A DNA stretch of 64,000 nt from Patescibacteria group bacterium (GCA_028716045.1 JAQUQO010000001.1:192942-256941), one strand, 5' to 3'. Counted from the first letter of the stretch, positions 28,330 through 38,394 are shown. A program made the numbers and translations. Notes: generated from the sequence alone by a model not told the origin.

Positions 28330-28695
28330 ATGAGTTTTGAATTTATGCCAAATAATAGTCAACAATCTTCAGGGTCAAGATCTGAAAGGCCAAGAATTGT
28401 AGAAGCCAAGCTTGAGCAATTATTACCTACGGCACAGGAGATGCTAGATGACCCCGATAAAATTGACACTTATATTAATATGAAGGTTGCTCAGTTAGAC
28501 CCTGTGACCAAGGGGTTACTTAGCGAGGAAACAGGTAAAACCGGCATAAAAAAAGAAGATAGGTTTAGAGAAGCTATACGACGCGCTCTGCCCACTCATT
28601 TAGAGTCCGTGGAGAACTATGGACAAACTAACGAGGCTTTCGAAAAAGCAGTAAACAACGTGATAAGGAAAACCATAGAGGGTTTCAAGATGTAA
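28330..28695 (+). CDS. Hypothetical protein (121 aa)
   Basis: ORF downstream of module D; no family recognised. Confidence 0.5.
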   Translation: MSFEFMPNNSQQSSGSRSERPRIVEAKLEQLLPTAQEMLDDPDKIDTYINMKVAQLDPVTKGLLSEETGKTGIKKEDRFREAIRRALPTHLESVENYGQTNEAFEKAVNNVIRKTIEGFKM

Positions 28696-28715
28696 GATTT
28701 ATTAGATAAAATAAA

Positions 28716-28757
28716 AAACACTCAAACTATTTTTACAGTTTGGGTGTTTTATTTTTT
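28716..28757. terminator. Bidirectional terminator
   Basis: aaaaacactcaaact...agtttgggtgtttt flanked by A/T runs. Confidence 0.6.
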
Positions 28758-29159
28758 GCATTCCAGTCGAATGTTTTTCAAAATGACACCCATATATTCC
28801 CGGGATTTTTCCTGGTCTTTTGTGGCAGTGATTTCTATTGTCAGGGCAATGCCAATGGAAATGGCCAAATCCTTGTTTATCTTTCCCCACTTTTCAAGTT
28901 CTCTCAGAAATTCCCTATAGAGATTTTTACCTTGGTTTTCTTTGTTGACCCGTTTACTCGTTTCTGGGGTTATGATAAGTTCGGTCGTTAAAATCCTTTG
29001 ATTTTTGATTTGTTCAAGGATTTTTAATAAACACAGCATCACTTCTGGTTTATTAACAAAACCTTTATCTAACAGCGCTTGGCTAAGGATTTCAAAGATT
29101 ACCGGATTTTCTACTTTGTACTTAGCCATTTCTTCCGCCACGTACTCGGTATTTCCCAA
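28749..29159 (-). CDS. Hypothetical protein (136 aa)
   Basis: ORF; no family recognised. Confidence 0.45.
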   Translation of the reverse strand: MGNTEYVAEEMAKYKVENPVIFEILSQALLDKGFVNKPEVMLCLLKILEQIKNQRILTTELIITPETSKRVNKENQGKNLYREFLRELEKWGKINKDLAISIGIALTIEITATKDQEKSREYMGVILKNIRLECKK

Positions 29160-29258
29160 TTCTTTCTCACCTCCTTTGTTGTCAAAAAGCTTGATTTTTA
29201 ACCCCTGATGGGGCTGGTTGGGTTATCCAACGCCTTAACTTATCATAAAAAATAGGAC

Positions 29259-30782
29259 TTGTCAAGAGCTTTGATTTTTGTTACATTTATTAGTGTTATG
29301 GCATTGACTGACAGGCAAAAATATCGTCTTTTAGAAATTTTCCCGGGAGCTCTGCTTTGGGGAGTTTTTATTTTATCAATCATCTTATCTTTTGTCAGGC
29401 CGATTTGGGTGGTTTACTTTATTATCGTTTTTACCGTTTACTGGCTTTTCCGCGTGACCTATTTTGTTTTTTACATGGTTTATTCTTGGCGGAGATATAA
29501 GTGCGAGGTGAATACCGATTGGATGGCCAAACTAAACGAACTTTCCAATTGGCGCGATTATTATCATATGATTTTTATTCCTACCGCCGGCGAGCCGCTG
29601 GAAGTTCTTCGGACCACCCTAAACAGTATCACCGCCAACGAGATGCCGCTTGATAAATTTATTCTTGTTTTGGCGGGCGAAGGTAGGAAGGCGGACGATT
29701 TTTTGCCCAAAGCCGAAATTTTAGAAAAAGAATACGGCCGCAAATTTTTTAAATTTATAGTGACGGTTCATCCCGACGGAGTGATTGGAGAAATCAAAGG
29801 CAAGGGTTCAAACGCCAATTATGCCGGCCGGGAATCTAAAAAAATTATTGACGGGTTGGGCATACCCTATGAAAAAATCATTGTTTCTTATTTTGATTGT
29901 GACACCTGCGTCCATCCGAAATATTTTTCTTGTCTGACTTATAAATACGCCACCCACCCCAATCCCACCCGCACTTCTTTTCAACCGGTAGCTCTCTATA
30001 ATAACAATATCTGGAATGCTTTGTTTTTCACTCGTATCACCGCTTTCGGCACTACTTTTTGGCTGATGACGGAGCTGGCTCGCCCCGACCGATTATTTAC
30101 TTTTTCTTCCCATTCCATGAGTTACAAGGCGTTGGTGGATGTTGGGTTCTGGCAGAAAGACATAGTTTCCGACGATTCCAGAATCTTTCTGCAATGTCTT
30201 ATACATTACGATGGAGAATATTCAGTCGCGCCGATGCACATTCCTATTTCCATGGATACGGTGATGGCGGGGAATATTTGGGAGAGCGTTAAGAATCTCT
30301 ACAAGCAACAGAGAAGATGGGCTTGGGGTATAGAGAATTTTCCTTTCATGGTTTATCATTTTCTGCGTAATAAAAAAATCCCGTTGTTTAAAAAGATAAA
30401 ATATACCTGGAATCAAACCGAGGGGATGTTTTCGTGGGCCAGCGCTCCGATTTTACTTTTTGTTTTAGGACGATTACCCTTGCTGGTGGCGTCAGAAACA
30501 ATTAAAACCGAGGCAATTATTCAGAATGCTCCTTTGGTCTTGGAAAAATTAATGGTCGCGGCTATGCTTGGTATTTTGGTTTCGGCGATTTTTGGGCTTT
30601 TGCTGATGCCGCCACCGCCGGCAGGAAAAGGCAGATATACTTATCTTATTCTGGCCCTGCAGTGGATTTTTTTACCGGTGACTTTGATAATATTCGGGTC
30701 TTTGCCGGCAATAGACGCGCAAACCCGCCTGATGTTTGGCAAGTATTTGGGATTTTGGGTGACGGAAAAAATACGAAAATAA
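29259..30782 (+). CDS. Processive family-2 glycosyltransferase, membrane-embedded (cellulose/chitin/hyaluronan-synthase-like)
   Basis: DCD motif (YFDCDT) and Q(Q/R)xRW motif (KQQRRWAWG) with multiple TM helices at both ends. Confidence 0.75.
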   Translation: MSRALIFVTFISVMALTDRQKYRLLEIFPGALLWGVFILSIILSFVRPIWVVYFIIVFTVYWLFRVTYFVFYMVYSWRRYKCEVNTDWMAKLNELSNWRDYYHMIFIPTAGEPLEVLRTTLNSITANEMPLDKFILVLAGEGRKADDFLPKAEILEKEYGRKFFKFIVTVHPDGVIGEIKGKGSNANYAGRESKKIIDGLGIPYEKIIVSYFDCDTCVHPKYFSCLTYKYATHPNPTRTSFQPVALYNNNIWNALFFTRITAFGTTFWLMTELARPDRLFTFSSHSMSYKALVDVGFWQKDIVSDDSRIFLQCLIHYDGEYSVAPMHIPISMDTVMAGNIWESVKNLYKQQRRWAWGIENFPFMVYHFLRNKKIPLFKKIKYTWNQTEGMFSWASAPILLFVLGRLPLLVASETIKTEAIIQNAPLVLEKLMVAAMLGILVSAIFGLLLMPPPPAGKGRYTYLILALQWIFLPVTLIIFGSLPAIDAQTRLMFGKYLGFWVTEKIRK

Positions 30783-30793
30783 AACGCGTCTTT

Positions 30794-31003
30794 TTAAGGC
30801 GCGTTAGTTATTTTTTTGATGGTTGAGAAAATAATGGATATACCGCCGATGGTTAGACCCAAAAAGATAAATCCTATGGGTATAACTATTAGGGGGTCGG
30901 TATTGCCAGGTAGAATTTCCCCTAGGCCAGTCGTAATCATTACCGTTCCCATGCCAGTCGTAATCATTAAAGACCCTATTAGTATTTTAAGTAAATCCTT
31001 CAT
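30794..31003 (-). CDS. Possible small membrane protein (69 aa) containing an internal 17-bp direct repeat
   Basis: ORF ends next to a terminator hairpin; repeat gccagtcgtaatcatta x2 at 30923-30969. Coding status uncertain. Confidence 0.3.
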   Translation of the reverse strand: MKDLLKILIGSLMITTGMGTVMITTGLGEILPGNTDPLIVIPIGFIFLGLTIGGISIIFSTIKKITNAP

Positions 31004-31056
31004 AATCCCTCCTTTGTAAAGGTGCGATAATTAGATTGTAGGAAAATCTTAAATAT

Positions 31057-32067
31057 ATGTCAATTAGTCCAAAAATATTAATAAGTTTAGTAACCTGGAA
31101 TAGTAAAAAATTTCTACCCTTTTGTTTACCCGCTATTTATAGCCAGACGTATAATAATTTTCAGTTAGTTGTTTTAGACAACGATTCTTCTGACGGGACA
31201 GCGGATTTTGTTTTGAAAAATTATCCAGAGGCGGAATTAATCAGGAACGGTAGAAACGAAGGATATGTGGCGCATAATAGAAATATAGAATATGGGCTAA
31301 GAAATATGGGAGAAGGATTTGAATATGTTTTAGTGATGAATCCTGATATTGTGATGGAGCTAGATTGTTTGGGTAAATTGGTGGAGGCGATGGAGGGAGG
31401 AGAGAAGTTGGGTAGTGTTGGCCCGAAGTTGAAGCGCTTTGAATTTGGCGAGGACTTGAAAAATATAGTTAAAACCGATATAATTGATTCTACTGGTTTA
31501 AAAATGTTCCGTTCTCGCCGAACCGTTGACCGTGGGGCCGGAGAAATTGATAATAGCCAATTTGATGGTCAAAAAGAGGTTTTTGGAATTTCCGGAGCCT
31601 TAGCGCTTTACCGTCTAAACGCCCTACAAGGGGTTAGGTTGGCTGAAGGAGAGTATTTTGATAAAGATTATTTTATGTATAAAGAAGATGTTGATTTGGC
31701 TTGGCGGTTGAAGAATAGGGGTTGGGGGGCGGAGTTGGTACCAAAAGCAGTTGCTTATCACTATCGCGGTGCCGCGGGTGGTGAAAAAGTTGGCGCAATT
31801 AATATTATTAAAAATAGAAAAGAAAAGTCAAAATTAGTTAATTATTATTCTTACAAAAATCACCTTTTGACTTTAGTAAAAAATGAGCGGTGGGGCGACT
31901 TTTTGAAAAATTTTCCTTTTATATTTTGGTACGAATTAAAAAAGTTTTTATATATTTTATTTTTTGAATGGCCGACTCTCAAAGCGATTCCCGAATTCTT
32001 TAGGCAATTGCCAAACTCTTTAGAAAAGAGAAGATTAATATTTTCGAAATATGCTAAAAATAAGTAA
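31057..32067 (+). CDS. Family-2 glycosyltransferase
   Basis: LVVLDNDSSDGTADFV ... typical GT-A fold motifs. Confidence 0.8.
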   Translation: MSISPKILISLVTWNSKKFLPFCLPAIYSQTYNNFQLVVLDNDSSDGTADFVLKNYPEAELIRNGRNEGYVAHNRNIEYGLRNMGEGFEYVLVMNPDIVMELDCLGKLVEAMEGGEKLGSVGPKLKRFEFGEDLKNIVKTDIIDSTGLKMFRSRRTVDRGAGEIDNSQFDGQKEVFGISGALALYRLNALQGVRLAEGEYFDKDYFMYKEDVDLAWRLKNRGWGAELVPKAVAYHYRGAAGGEKVGAINIIKNRKEKSKLVNYYSYKNHLLTLVKNERWGDFLKNFPFIFWYELKKFLYILFFEWPTLKAIPEFFRQLPNSLEKRRLIFSKYAKNK

Positions 32068-32704
32068 GATATTTTTTCCCCTGGCAGTGCTATTTCTAAT
32101 TGGGTCATTTTTTTGGTATGTGATGGCACCATTTTTTTATTTTATTTATAGAATTGATAAGTTTATATTTATATTAACAATTTTACTGGTGATAGTTTTT
32201 ATTTTTTTATTTATTAATAAGAATTGCAAACGATATGTGAGAGAAAACTTGGCCATATCAATATTGACAATATCATCAGTTATTTTGATATTTTTAACTT
32301 ATTCTTTTAGTAGCTACAATTATTTTACACGAGAAGTGGGCATCATAAGAAATGTCTTTCAGTATAATTTGTCAATTGCAAATTATATTCTTAATAATCA
32401 GACAAAATTGTTATATAATAATTATTTTCATACCGACATATTATTTAATAATTCTAGTCGTATTACCGATAATATGTCAGATAAATGTCAGTACAAGTTT
32501 TTGGTTACTCTTTCTAAAATGGAGGGGGCTAATAAAATTAATGATTCCATCCATTTTATATACAATTTATTAATGGGGTCGGGGTGGAATACTAATCAAA
32601 AAAAGAATGCTGACCTCGCCTCAGACCAATATTATGAAAGTTTTTTTAATGATATAAAAGAGATACAGAGTAATATATTGTATTTAACCGAAAATTGTCA
32701 TTAA
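32051..32704 (+). CDS. Hypothetical membrane protein in an extremely AT-rich segment
   Basis: 217 aa, N-terminal TM helices; GC far below the window average. Confidence 0.5.
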   Translation: MLKISKIFFPLAVLFLIGSFFWYVMAPFFYFIYRIDKFIFILTILLVIVFIFLFINKNCKRYVRENLAISILTISSVILIFLTYSFSSYNYFTREVGIIRNVFQYNLSIANYILNNQTKLLYNNYFHTDILFNNSSRITDNMSDKCQYKFLVTLSKMEGANKINDSIHFIYNLLMGSGWNTNQKKNADLASDQYYESFFNDIKEIQSNILYLTENCH

Positions 32705-32707
32705 ATT

Positions 32708-33520
32708 ATGGACCTCTCCATAGTAATTCTAAATTATAAAACCAGAGGATTTTTAAAGACCTGTATCCGCGGGATAGAGATGTTTAACCATGGGCTAAAT
32801 TATGAGATAATAGTAGTGGATAACGCCTCGGGCGACGGTTCGGCGGAAATGATTAAGGAAAATTTTCCCAATGTTAAGTTGATTGAAGCGCCGGTGAATT
32901 TAGGCCACGCCAAAGGAAATAATTTAGGAATAAAAGAAGCGCAAGGCAAATACATTTTACTTTTAAATACCGACATTGCTCCGCTTGAAGGAGGGGTAAA
33001 GAATCTGTATGACTTTTTGGAAAAGACGCCGGATATTGGTTTGGCCGGGGCTAAATTATTAAATCCCGACAAAACGCCGCAACAGTCCTGTTTGCGTTTT
33101 CCCTCAAAACTCACGCCGCTTTTCCGCCGCACTTTTTTGGGACGTTGGTCTTTTGCTAAAGCGGATATAAGTCGTTATGTTATGGCAGACTTTTGCCATG
33201 ATCGCAGCTGCCCCGTAGAATGGGTGATGAGCAGCGCCATTATGGTGAGGCGAGAGGCGATGAAGAAAGTTGGTTTGATGGATGAAAGGTTCTTTGTCTA
33301 TTTTGCTGACGTTGACTGGTGCCGCCGGTTTTGGGAAAACGGTTATAAGGTTTATTACGTGGCGGAAGCGCCGATGGTTCATTATCATCGCCGCGAGTCG
33401 GCGGAAAACAAGGGTTTGGCCTCTGTGTTTAACCCCCTTACCCGCATTCATATTAAAGATTGGATTAAGTATTTGAGAAAATATAAAAATAGCGATACTC
33501 CCCAAATCTATGGAAATTAA
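32708..33520 (+). CDS. Family-2 glycosyltransferase
   Basis: IVILNYKTRGFL...IIVVDNASGDGS. Confidence 0.8.
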   Translation: MDLSIVILNYKTRGFLKTCIRGIEMFNHGLNYEIIVVDNASGDGSAEMIKENFPNVKLIEAPVNLGHAKGNNLGIKEAQGKYILLLNTDIAPLEGGVKNLYDFLEKTPDIGLAGAKLLNPDKTPQQSCLRFPSKLTPLFRRTFLGRWSFAKADISRYVMADFCHDRSCPVEWVMSSAIMVRREAMKKVGLMDERFFVYFADVDWCRRFWENGYKVYYVAEAPMVHYHRRESAENKGLASVFNPLTRIHIKDWIKYLRKYKNSDTPQIYGN

Positions 33521-35555
33521 AGGAGATTTTTTAAGACGCCATTTGATTTTTCCTTGGCAGCGCCGGCGCAGAAAGTTTTTTCAAATTGTTAAAGCGTTTT
33601 TTTTAGCAGTCGTGATTATAATCATCGCCGGAGGATTTTTTATTTACCCCTTTATCGGCACGGCGCGGGATATCTATGCTTTAGCCAAAGAGGGGAGAAA
33701 TAATTTGGAGCAGGCCGAGGATTACGCCGGGAGATTAGATTTGGAAAATGCCGAAATTTTTTTAATAAAAGCGGAAAGCGACTTATCTGCGGCCCGGGAA
33801 AAATTTGCAAAGTTTTATCTTTTTAAAAAATTGCCGATTATCGGGAAACAAGTTTCCGCCCTGGACAATCTTCTGCTCACCGGCATAGAAACCACCTCGG
33901 CCGTTAAGGAAATCGTTTTGGTTGCGAAGGATATTTTTAAAACCGTTGAGATGGCTTCAATATTGAGCGGGCAGACTGATTTTGGCGAGGGCGATTTGTC
34001 TTTTGACAAAATTTCCAAAGAACAGAAAAAAAGAATTTTAAAAACTTTATTTGAGTCCTCACCGCAGCTTCAGGGCGCCAAAGCCAAGATAGACTTGGCG
34101 ATGCTTTCCTTTAACCAGATACCGGAAGATGAAATTTTTTATCCGTTTAAAAAAGCGATTGAACCGTTGCGCGATAAACTTCCGGCGTTGCAGGAAACAA
34201 TCAGTAAAGCCATTCCGGCTTCGGAAATTTTACCGCAGGTTTTGGGATATCCATATCCCAAGACATATTTATTTCTTCTGCAAAATAACCACGAAATTCG
34301 TCCCACCGGCGGATTTATCGGAACTTTTGGCATTGTCAAATTAGACAGCGGGGATTTGGTCACTTTTGCCACGGACAATATTTATAAATTGGATTTTTCG
34401 GTAATCAATACTTTGAAAGTTAATCCGCCCGAACCGCTTAAAAAATATTTATTGGGCCAGAACGGCTGGTTCTTGCGCGATTCCAATTGGTCGCCGGATT
34501 TTCCCACCAGCGCCCGTCAGGCAGAGTGGTTTTATAATCAAGAAATTCAGTCGCATCTTAATAAGGGAGAAGATGATATCTGGAAAGCGACGGTGGAGCC
34601 GAAAATTGACGGAGTGATTGCCATTACGCCCAATCTTATTCGAGACCTTTTAAAGTTGGTTGGACAGATTAAAATTGACGGGCAAATTTTTGACGCTGAA
34701 AATTTAGTGGAGGCCCTGGAATATCAGGTAGAAAAGGGTTATTACGAGCAGGGGGTACCGGATATCCAACGCAAGGAAATCGTAGGCAAACTGGCGGTGG
34801 AACTCAAAAAACGTTTATTTGAATTACCATCCTCGCGGTGGCCTGAGGCCCTGGATATCCTGAAAAAGAATTTAAACGAAAAGCAGGTTTTGGTTTATGA
34901 TAATAGCGCGGATTTGCAGATGCTTGTTGATGAGAACAATTGGGGCGGGGCGTTGGTAAAATATGACGGAGATTATCTCTCGGTCATTGATTCCAATATG
35001 GCCAGCTTAAAAACCGACCAGGTGATGGCTCGAAAAATAAATTATACCGTCAGCGTAGAAGGAGACGATTTGATTGCCGAAGCGGGAATCACTTATACCA
35101 ATAATGGCAATTTTAGCTGGAAGACAACTCGTTATCGCACGTATACTCGTTTTTATGTGCCGCAGGGGAGTGAGCTCATTGAAGTTAGGGGCGCAATGGA
35201 GAATGATAAAGTTAAAGATCCCGAAAGAAAACCAGGGCAAGCCGATGTTGGCGAAGAGTTAGGGAAAACTTATTTCGGAGCATTTGTTGCCGTAGAACCC
35301 GGAGAGACAAGGAGTTTAAGCGTGAAGTATCGTTTGCCCAAATGGGTAAAAACCAAATACGACCTGGGGCTGTATAAACTTTTTGTTCAAAAACAATCTG
35401 GCACGGAAGGACACAGTTTGACAATAGACCTTAATTTTGATAAAAAGATTAAGTCCTGGCTGCCGCTCGGATATTCTTCCCGCCAGCAAAGCGATAAGCA
35501 GATAAAGTTTATTTATACCCTGCGGCAAGACAGAGAATCCCTAGTGCAGTTTTAA
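33510..35555 (+). CDS. Membrane-anchored DUF4012-like protein
   Basis: 681 aa, single N-terminal TM; resembles DUF4012 proteins often found in polysaccharide loci. DUF assignment is from memory. Confidence 0.45.
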   Translation: MEIKGDFLRRHLIFPWQRRRRKFFQIVKAFFLAVVIIIIAGGFFIYPFIGTARDIYALAKEGRNNLEQAEDYAGRLDLENAEIFLIKAESDLSAAREKFAKFYLFKKLPIIGKQVSALDNLLLTGIETTSAVKEIVLVAKDIFKTVEMASILSGQTDFGEGDLSFDKISKEQKKRILKTLFESSPQLQGAKAKIDLAMLSFNQIPEDEIFYPFKKAIEPLRDKLPALQETISKAIPASEILPQVLGYPYPKTYLFLLQNNHEIRPTGGFIGTFGIVKLDSGDLVTFATDNIYKLDFSVINTLKVNPPEPLKKYLLGQNGWFLRDSNWSPDFPTSARQAEWFYNQEIQSHLNKGEDDIWKATVEPKIDGVIAITPNLIRDLLKLVGQIKIDGQIFDAENLVEALEYQVEKGYYEQGVPDIQRKEIVGKLAVELKKRLFELPSSRWPEALDILKKNLNEKQVLVYDNSADLQMLVDENNWGGALVKYDGDYLSVIDSNMASLKTDQVMARKINYTVSVEGDDLIAEAGITYTNNGNFSWKTTRYRTYTRFYVPQGSELIEVRGAMENDKVKDPERKPGQADVGEELGKTYFGAFVAVEPGETRSLSVKYRLPKWVKTKYDLGLYKLFVQKQSGTEGHSLTIDLNFDKKIKSWLPLGYSSRQQSDKQIKFIYTLRQDRESLVQF

Positions 35556-35573
35556 CATCAATTTCTAATTAAT

Positions 35574-36581
35574 ATGTTTATCAAAAAAATCGGAATAGAT
35601 TTAGGGACAACCAATGTTTTAGTCTATATTCCTAAAAAAGGCATCATTATTAATGAGCCATCGGTGGTGGCTATTTCTGTTGTTGATAAAAAGATATTAG
35701 CTGTCGGCAGTGAAGCCAAAGAAATGCTTGGCCGTACTCCCGATACTATTATCGCTTCTCGGCCGTTGAAAGACGGAGTTATTGCAGATTACAAAACTAC
35801 GGAAGCCATGCTCCGATATTTTATTAATAAGGCGCTTGGCGGAGTTCATCTTTTTCGGCCGGAAGTAATGGTTTCCGTTCCGGCGGGCATCACTTCCACC
35901 GAAAGACGCGCGGTGATTGACGCGACTATCGCCGCCGGAGCCAAAGCCGCTTATATTATTAAAGAGCCGATTGTGGCCGCTATTGGAGCGGATATTCCGA
36001 TTGGCAGTGCTTCCGGGCATATGATTATAGATATCGGCGGAGGAACGGCGGAGATGGCGGTGATTTCTTTGGGCGGGATTGTCGCTTCTGATTCCGTGCG
36101 CATCGGCGGCAACAAACTTGACCAAGCCATTTTGGAGTATGTGCGCCGCAAATTCGGCTTGGCTATCGGTGAACGCACGGCCGAAGATATAAAAATAAAA
36201 ATCGGTTCAGCCACACCCTTGGAAAATAAATTATCCATGGAAGTCAAGGGGAGAGATATGGTCTCTGGCCTTCCCAAAACAATTATTATCAACTCTGACC
36301 ATGTCACCGAAGCCATTCAAGACGAGTTAAACGGAATAATTTCCGCTTGCCGGGAAGTTCTTCATAAAACACCCCCCGAACTATCTGCTGATGTTATGGA
36401 AAAGGGGATGGTTTTGACCGGTGGAACAGCTCTGCTCCGTAATATAGATATTTTATTGTCGCAGGCGACCGGAGTGCCGGCCTATGTGGCTGATGATGCC
36501 TTGCTTTGCGTAGCCAAGGGTACAGGCGTTGCTTTAGAAAATTTGGAATCATATAAAAGGTCAATATTAGCGACAAGATAA
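35574..36581 (+). CDS. mreB: Rod-shape-determining actin homolog MreB
   Basis: IGIDLGTTN ... actin-fold phosphate motifs; 335 aa. Confidence 0.9.
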   Translation: MFIKKIGIDLGTTNVLVYIPKKGIIINEPSVVAISVVDKKILAVGSEAKEMLGRTPDTIIASRPLKDGVIADYKTTEAMLRYFINKALGGVHLFRPEVMVSVPAGITSTERRAVIDATIAAGAKAAYIIKEPIVAAIGADIPIGSASGHMIIDIGGGTAEMAVISLGGIVASDSVRIGGNKLDQAILEYVRRKFGLAIGERTAEDIKIKIGSATPLENKLSMEVKGRDMVSGLPKTIIINSDHVTEAIQDELNGIISACREVLHKTPPELSADVMEKGMVLTGGTALLRNIDILLSQATGVPAYVADDALLCVAKGTGVALENLESYKRSILATR

Positions 36582-37696
36582 TGCTCATCGGCATTGACGC
36601 TTCGCGCGCCAACAAAAAAGAAAAAACCGGGACCGAATGGTATTCTTACTATCTGATTCAAGAATTTAAGAAACTGAACTCCGAAGGGGATCAGTTTATT
36701 TTATATTCTAAAGAAGCTCTGTGTGACGGTTTAGAAAATTTGCCGCCTAATTGGCGTTCTAAAATTTTAACATCTTCTTTGCGCCGATTTTGGACGCAGT
36801 GGCGCCTGTCGTGGGAAATGATAAAAGACAAGCCGGATATTTTATTCGTTCCTGCGCACACCATACCGTTGATTCATCCTAAAAGAACCGTTACTACTTT
36901 ACATGACATTGGTTTTGAGAGATTTCCTGAAATTTATAATTTTCAGGAATTAGCTTACCATCGTTTTTCCGCCCGTTTTGCCATTAAACACGCCAAGCGC
37001 GTTATTACTGTTTCCAATTTTTCGAAACAAGAGATGATTGATATTTACGGCGCCGACCCGGAGAAAATTTCCGTTGTTTATAATGGATATAATTCTGATT
37101 TATATAAAAAATTGCCGAAAGAGGAAGCTAGTTCCATATTAGAGAAATACAATATCAGTCAACCATACTTTTTGTTTTTAGGCAGATTGGAAGAAAAGAA
37201 AAATGTGGCGGGACTGATAAGGGCTTTTAATCTTTTGATGCGAGATGAGAGGTTTGGCGATTATAAATTAGTATTGGTCGGTCGGTCCGGATATTTTGGT
37301 TATCAAAAAATAAAAGATGAAATTTTTCATTCTCCGGTTAAAGATAAAATTTTAGAGCTCGGTTGGGTGGAGGAGCAGGATTTGCCAGCTTTTTATAATG
37401 GCGCTACAGCTTTTATTTTTCCCAGTTTTTACGAAGGTTTTGGAATCCCGATTACAGAGGCCATGGCTTGTGGCACGCCGGTAGTTTGTTCTAACCGCGC
37501 GGCTTTGCCGGAGATTGCGGGCGGGGCAGGAATTTTAATAGAACCGGAAAATTTTGAGGAATTTGGCCGGAAGATGGGGGAAGTTGTAAATGATGAAAAT
37601 TTAAGAAGAACGCTTATTGAAAAGGGCCTGGAAAGGGCGAAATTATTTTCTTGGAAAAAATGCGCGGAGGAAACGATGAAAATTTTAAAGCAATAA
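36581..37696 (+). CDS. Family-4 (GT-B) glycosyltransferase
   Basis: EGFGIPITEAMACGTPVV motif. Confidence 0.85.
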   Translation: MLIGIDASRANKKEKTGTEWYSYYLIQEFKKLNSEGDQFILYSKEALCDGLENLPPNWRSKILTSSLRRFWTQWRLSWEMIKDKPDILFVPAHTIPLIHPKRTVTTLHDIGFERFPEIYNFQELAYHRFSARFAIKHAKRVITVSNFSKQEMIDIYGADPEKISVVYNGYNSDLYKKLPKEEASSILEKYNISQPYFLFLGRLEEKKNVAGLIRAFNLLMRDERFGDYKLVLVGRSGYFGYQKIKDEIFHSPVKDKILELGWVEEQDLPAFYNGATAFIFPSFYEGFGIPITEAMACGTPVVCSNRAALPEIAGGAGILIEPENFEEFGRKMGEVVNDENLRRTLIEKGLERAKLFSWKKCAEETMKILKQ

Positions 37697-37703
37697 TTAT
37701 TTT

Positions 37704-38381
37704 ATGGCAGGAGGGGATAAAAAGTTTAATCGCCAGTCGATTCGTTTAAAAAATTATGATTATAGTGAATCGGGATATTATTTCGTAACGATTTGCGTAC
37801 AAGGTAGTAAATGTTTATTTGGCGAGGTGGTTAATGGTGAGGTGATATTAAATAGTATTGGCGAAATGATTAAAAAATGGTGGCTGGAATTAGAAAATAA
37901 ATTTTTCCGCGTTGAATTAGATAAATTTATTGTAATGCCGAACCATTTTCATGGAATAATAAATATAACCATAGGGATTGTAGGGGCAGACCTGCGTGTC
38001 TGCTCTAATCTTAAAAAGGGCGAACACGTAGGTTCGCCCCTACACAATCGCGAACACGTAGGTTCGCCCCTACACAATCGCGAACACGTAGGTTCGCCCC
38101 TACACAATCGCGAACACGTAGGTTCGCCCCTACATGATATTGTAAAATGGTTTAAAACAATGACGACGAATGAATATATTAAAAATGTTAAACAAGGCGG
38201 TTGGCCGCCATTCGATCGGAGATTATGGCAGCGCAATTATTGGGAGCACGTAATCCGTACCGAAAAATCATTAAATAATATTCGTGAATATATACTGAGC
38301 AATCCCGAAAATTGGAGTGGCGAAGCGGAGGATTTTAATGTATTTGTGGGTAAATTTATTGTTAAATCCGCCGCTTTATGA
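37704..38381 (+). CDS. REP-associated tyrosine transposase (RAYT / IS200-like TnpA_REP) with an in-frame repeat insertion
   Basis: YYFVTICVQG ... MPNHFHGII (HuH) ... RNYWEHV (catalytic Tyr). Decapeptide HVGSPLHNRE repeated about 4 times. Confidence 0.8.
   Translation: MAGGDKKFNRQSIRLKNYDYSESGYYFVTICVQGSKCLFGEVVNGEVILNSIGEMIKKWWLELENKFFRVELDKFIVMPNHFHGIINITIGIVGADLRVCSNLKKGEHVGSPLHNREHVGSPLHNREHVGSPLHNREHVGSPLHDIVKWFKTMTTNEYIKNVKQGGWPPFDRRLWQRNYWEHVIRTEKSLNNIREYILSNPENWSGEAEDFNVFVGKFIVKSAAL
38021..38140 (+). repeat. 3.8 tandem copies of a 30-bp unit (cgaacacgtaggttcgcccctacacaatcg), each containing hairpin gcgaac-acGTAG-gttcgc, embedded in-frame in the RAYT gene
   Basis: Read directly; unit length 30 = 10 codons. 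Confidence 0.9.
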
Positions 38382-38394
38382 TAGAATTCTCTAT

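Noticed and set aside
30816-31019. 67-aa plus-strand ORF overlapping the 30794-31003 minus-strand ORF
   Set aside because: Both derive from the same repeat-containing segment. The plus-strand ORF starts inside the terminator of the upstream gene and has no RBS.
38021-38140. Tandem 30-bp repeats, which could be mistaken for a CRISPR array
   Set aside because: There are no unique spacers (repeats are directly adjacent). The array is in-frame inside a RAYT coding sequence and there are no cas genes. Classified as an intragenic tandem REP-like repeat.
37949-38236. 95-aa minus-strand ORF rich in CRGEPTCSRL repeats
   Set aside because: It is the antisense reading of the RAYT tandem repeat.
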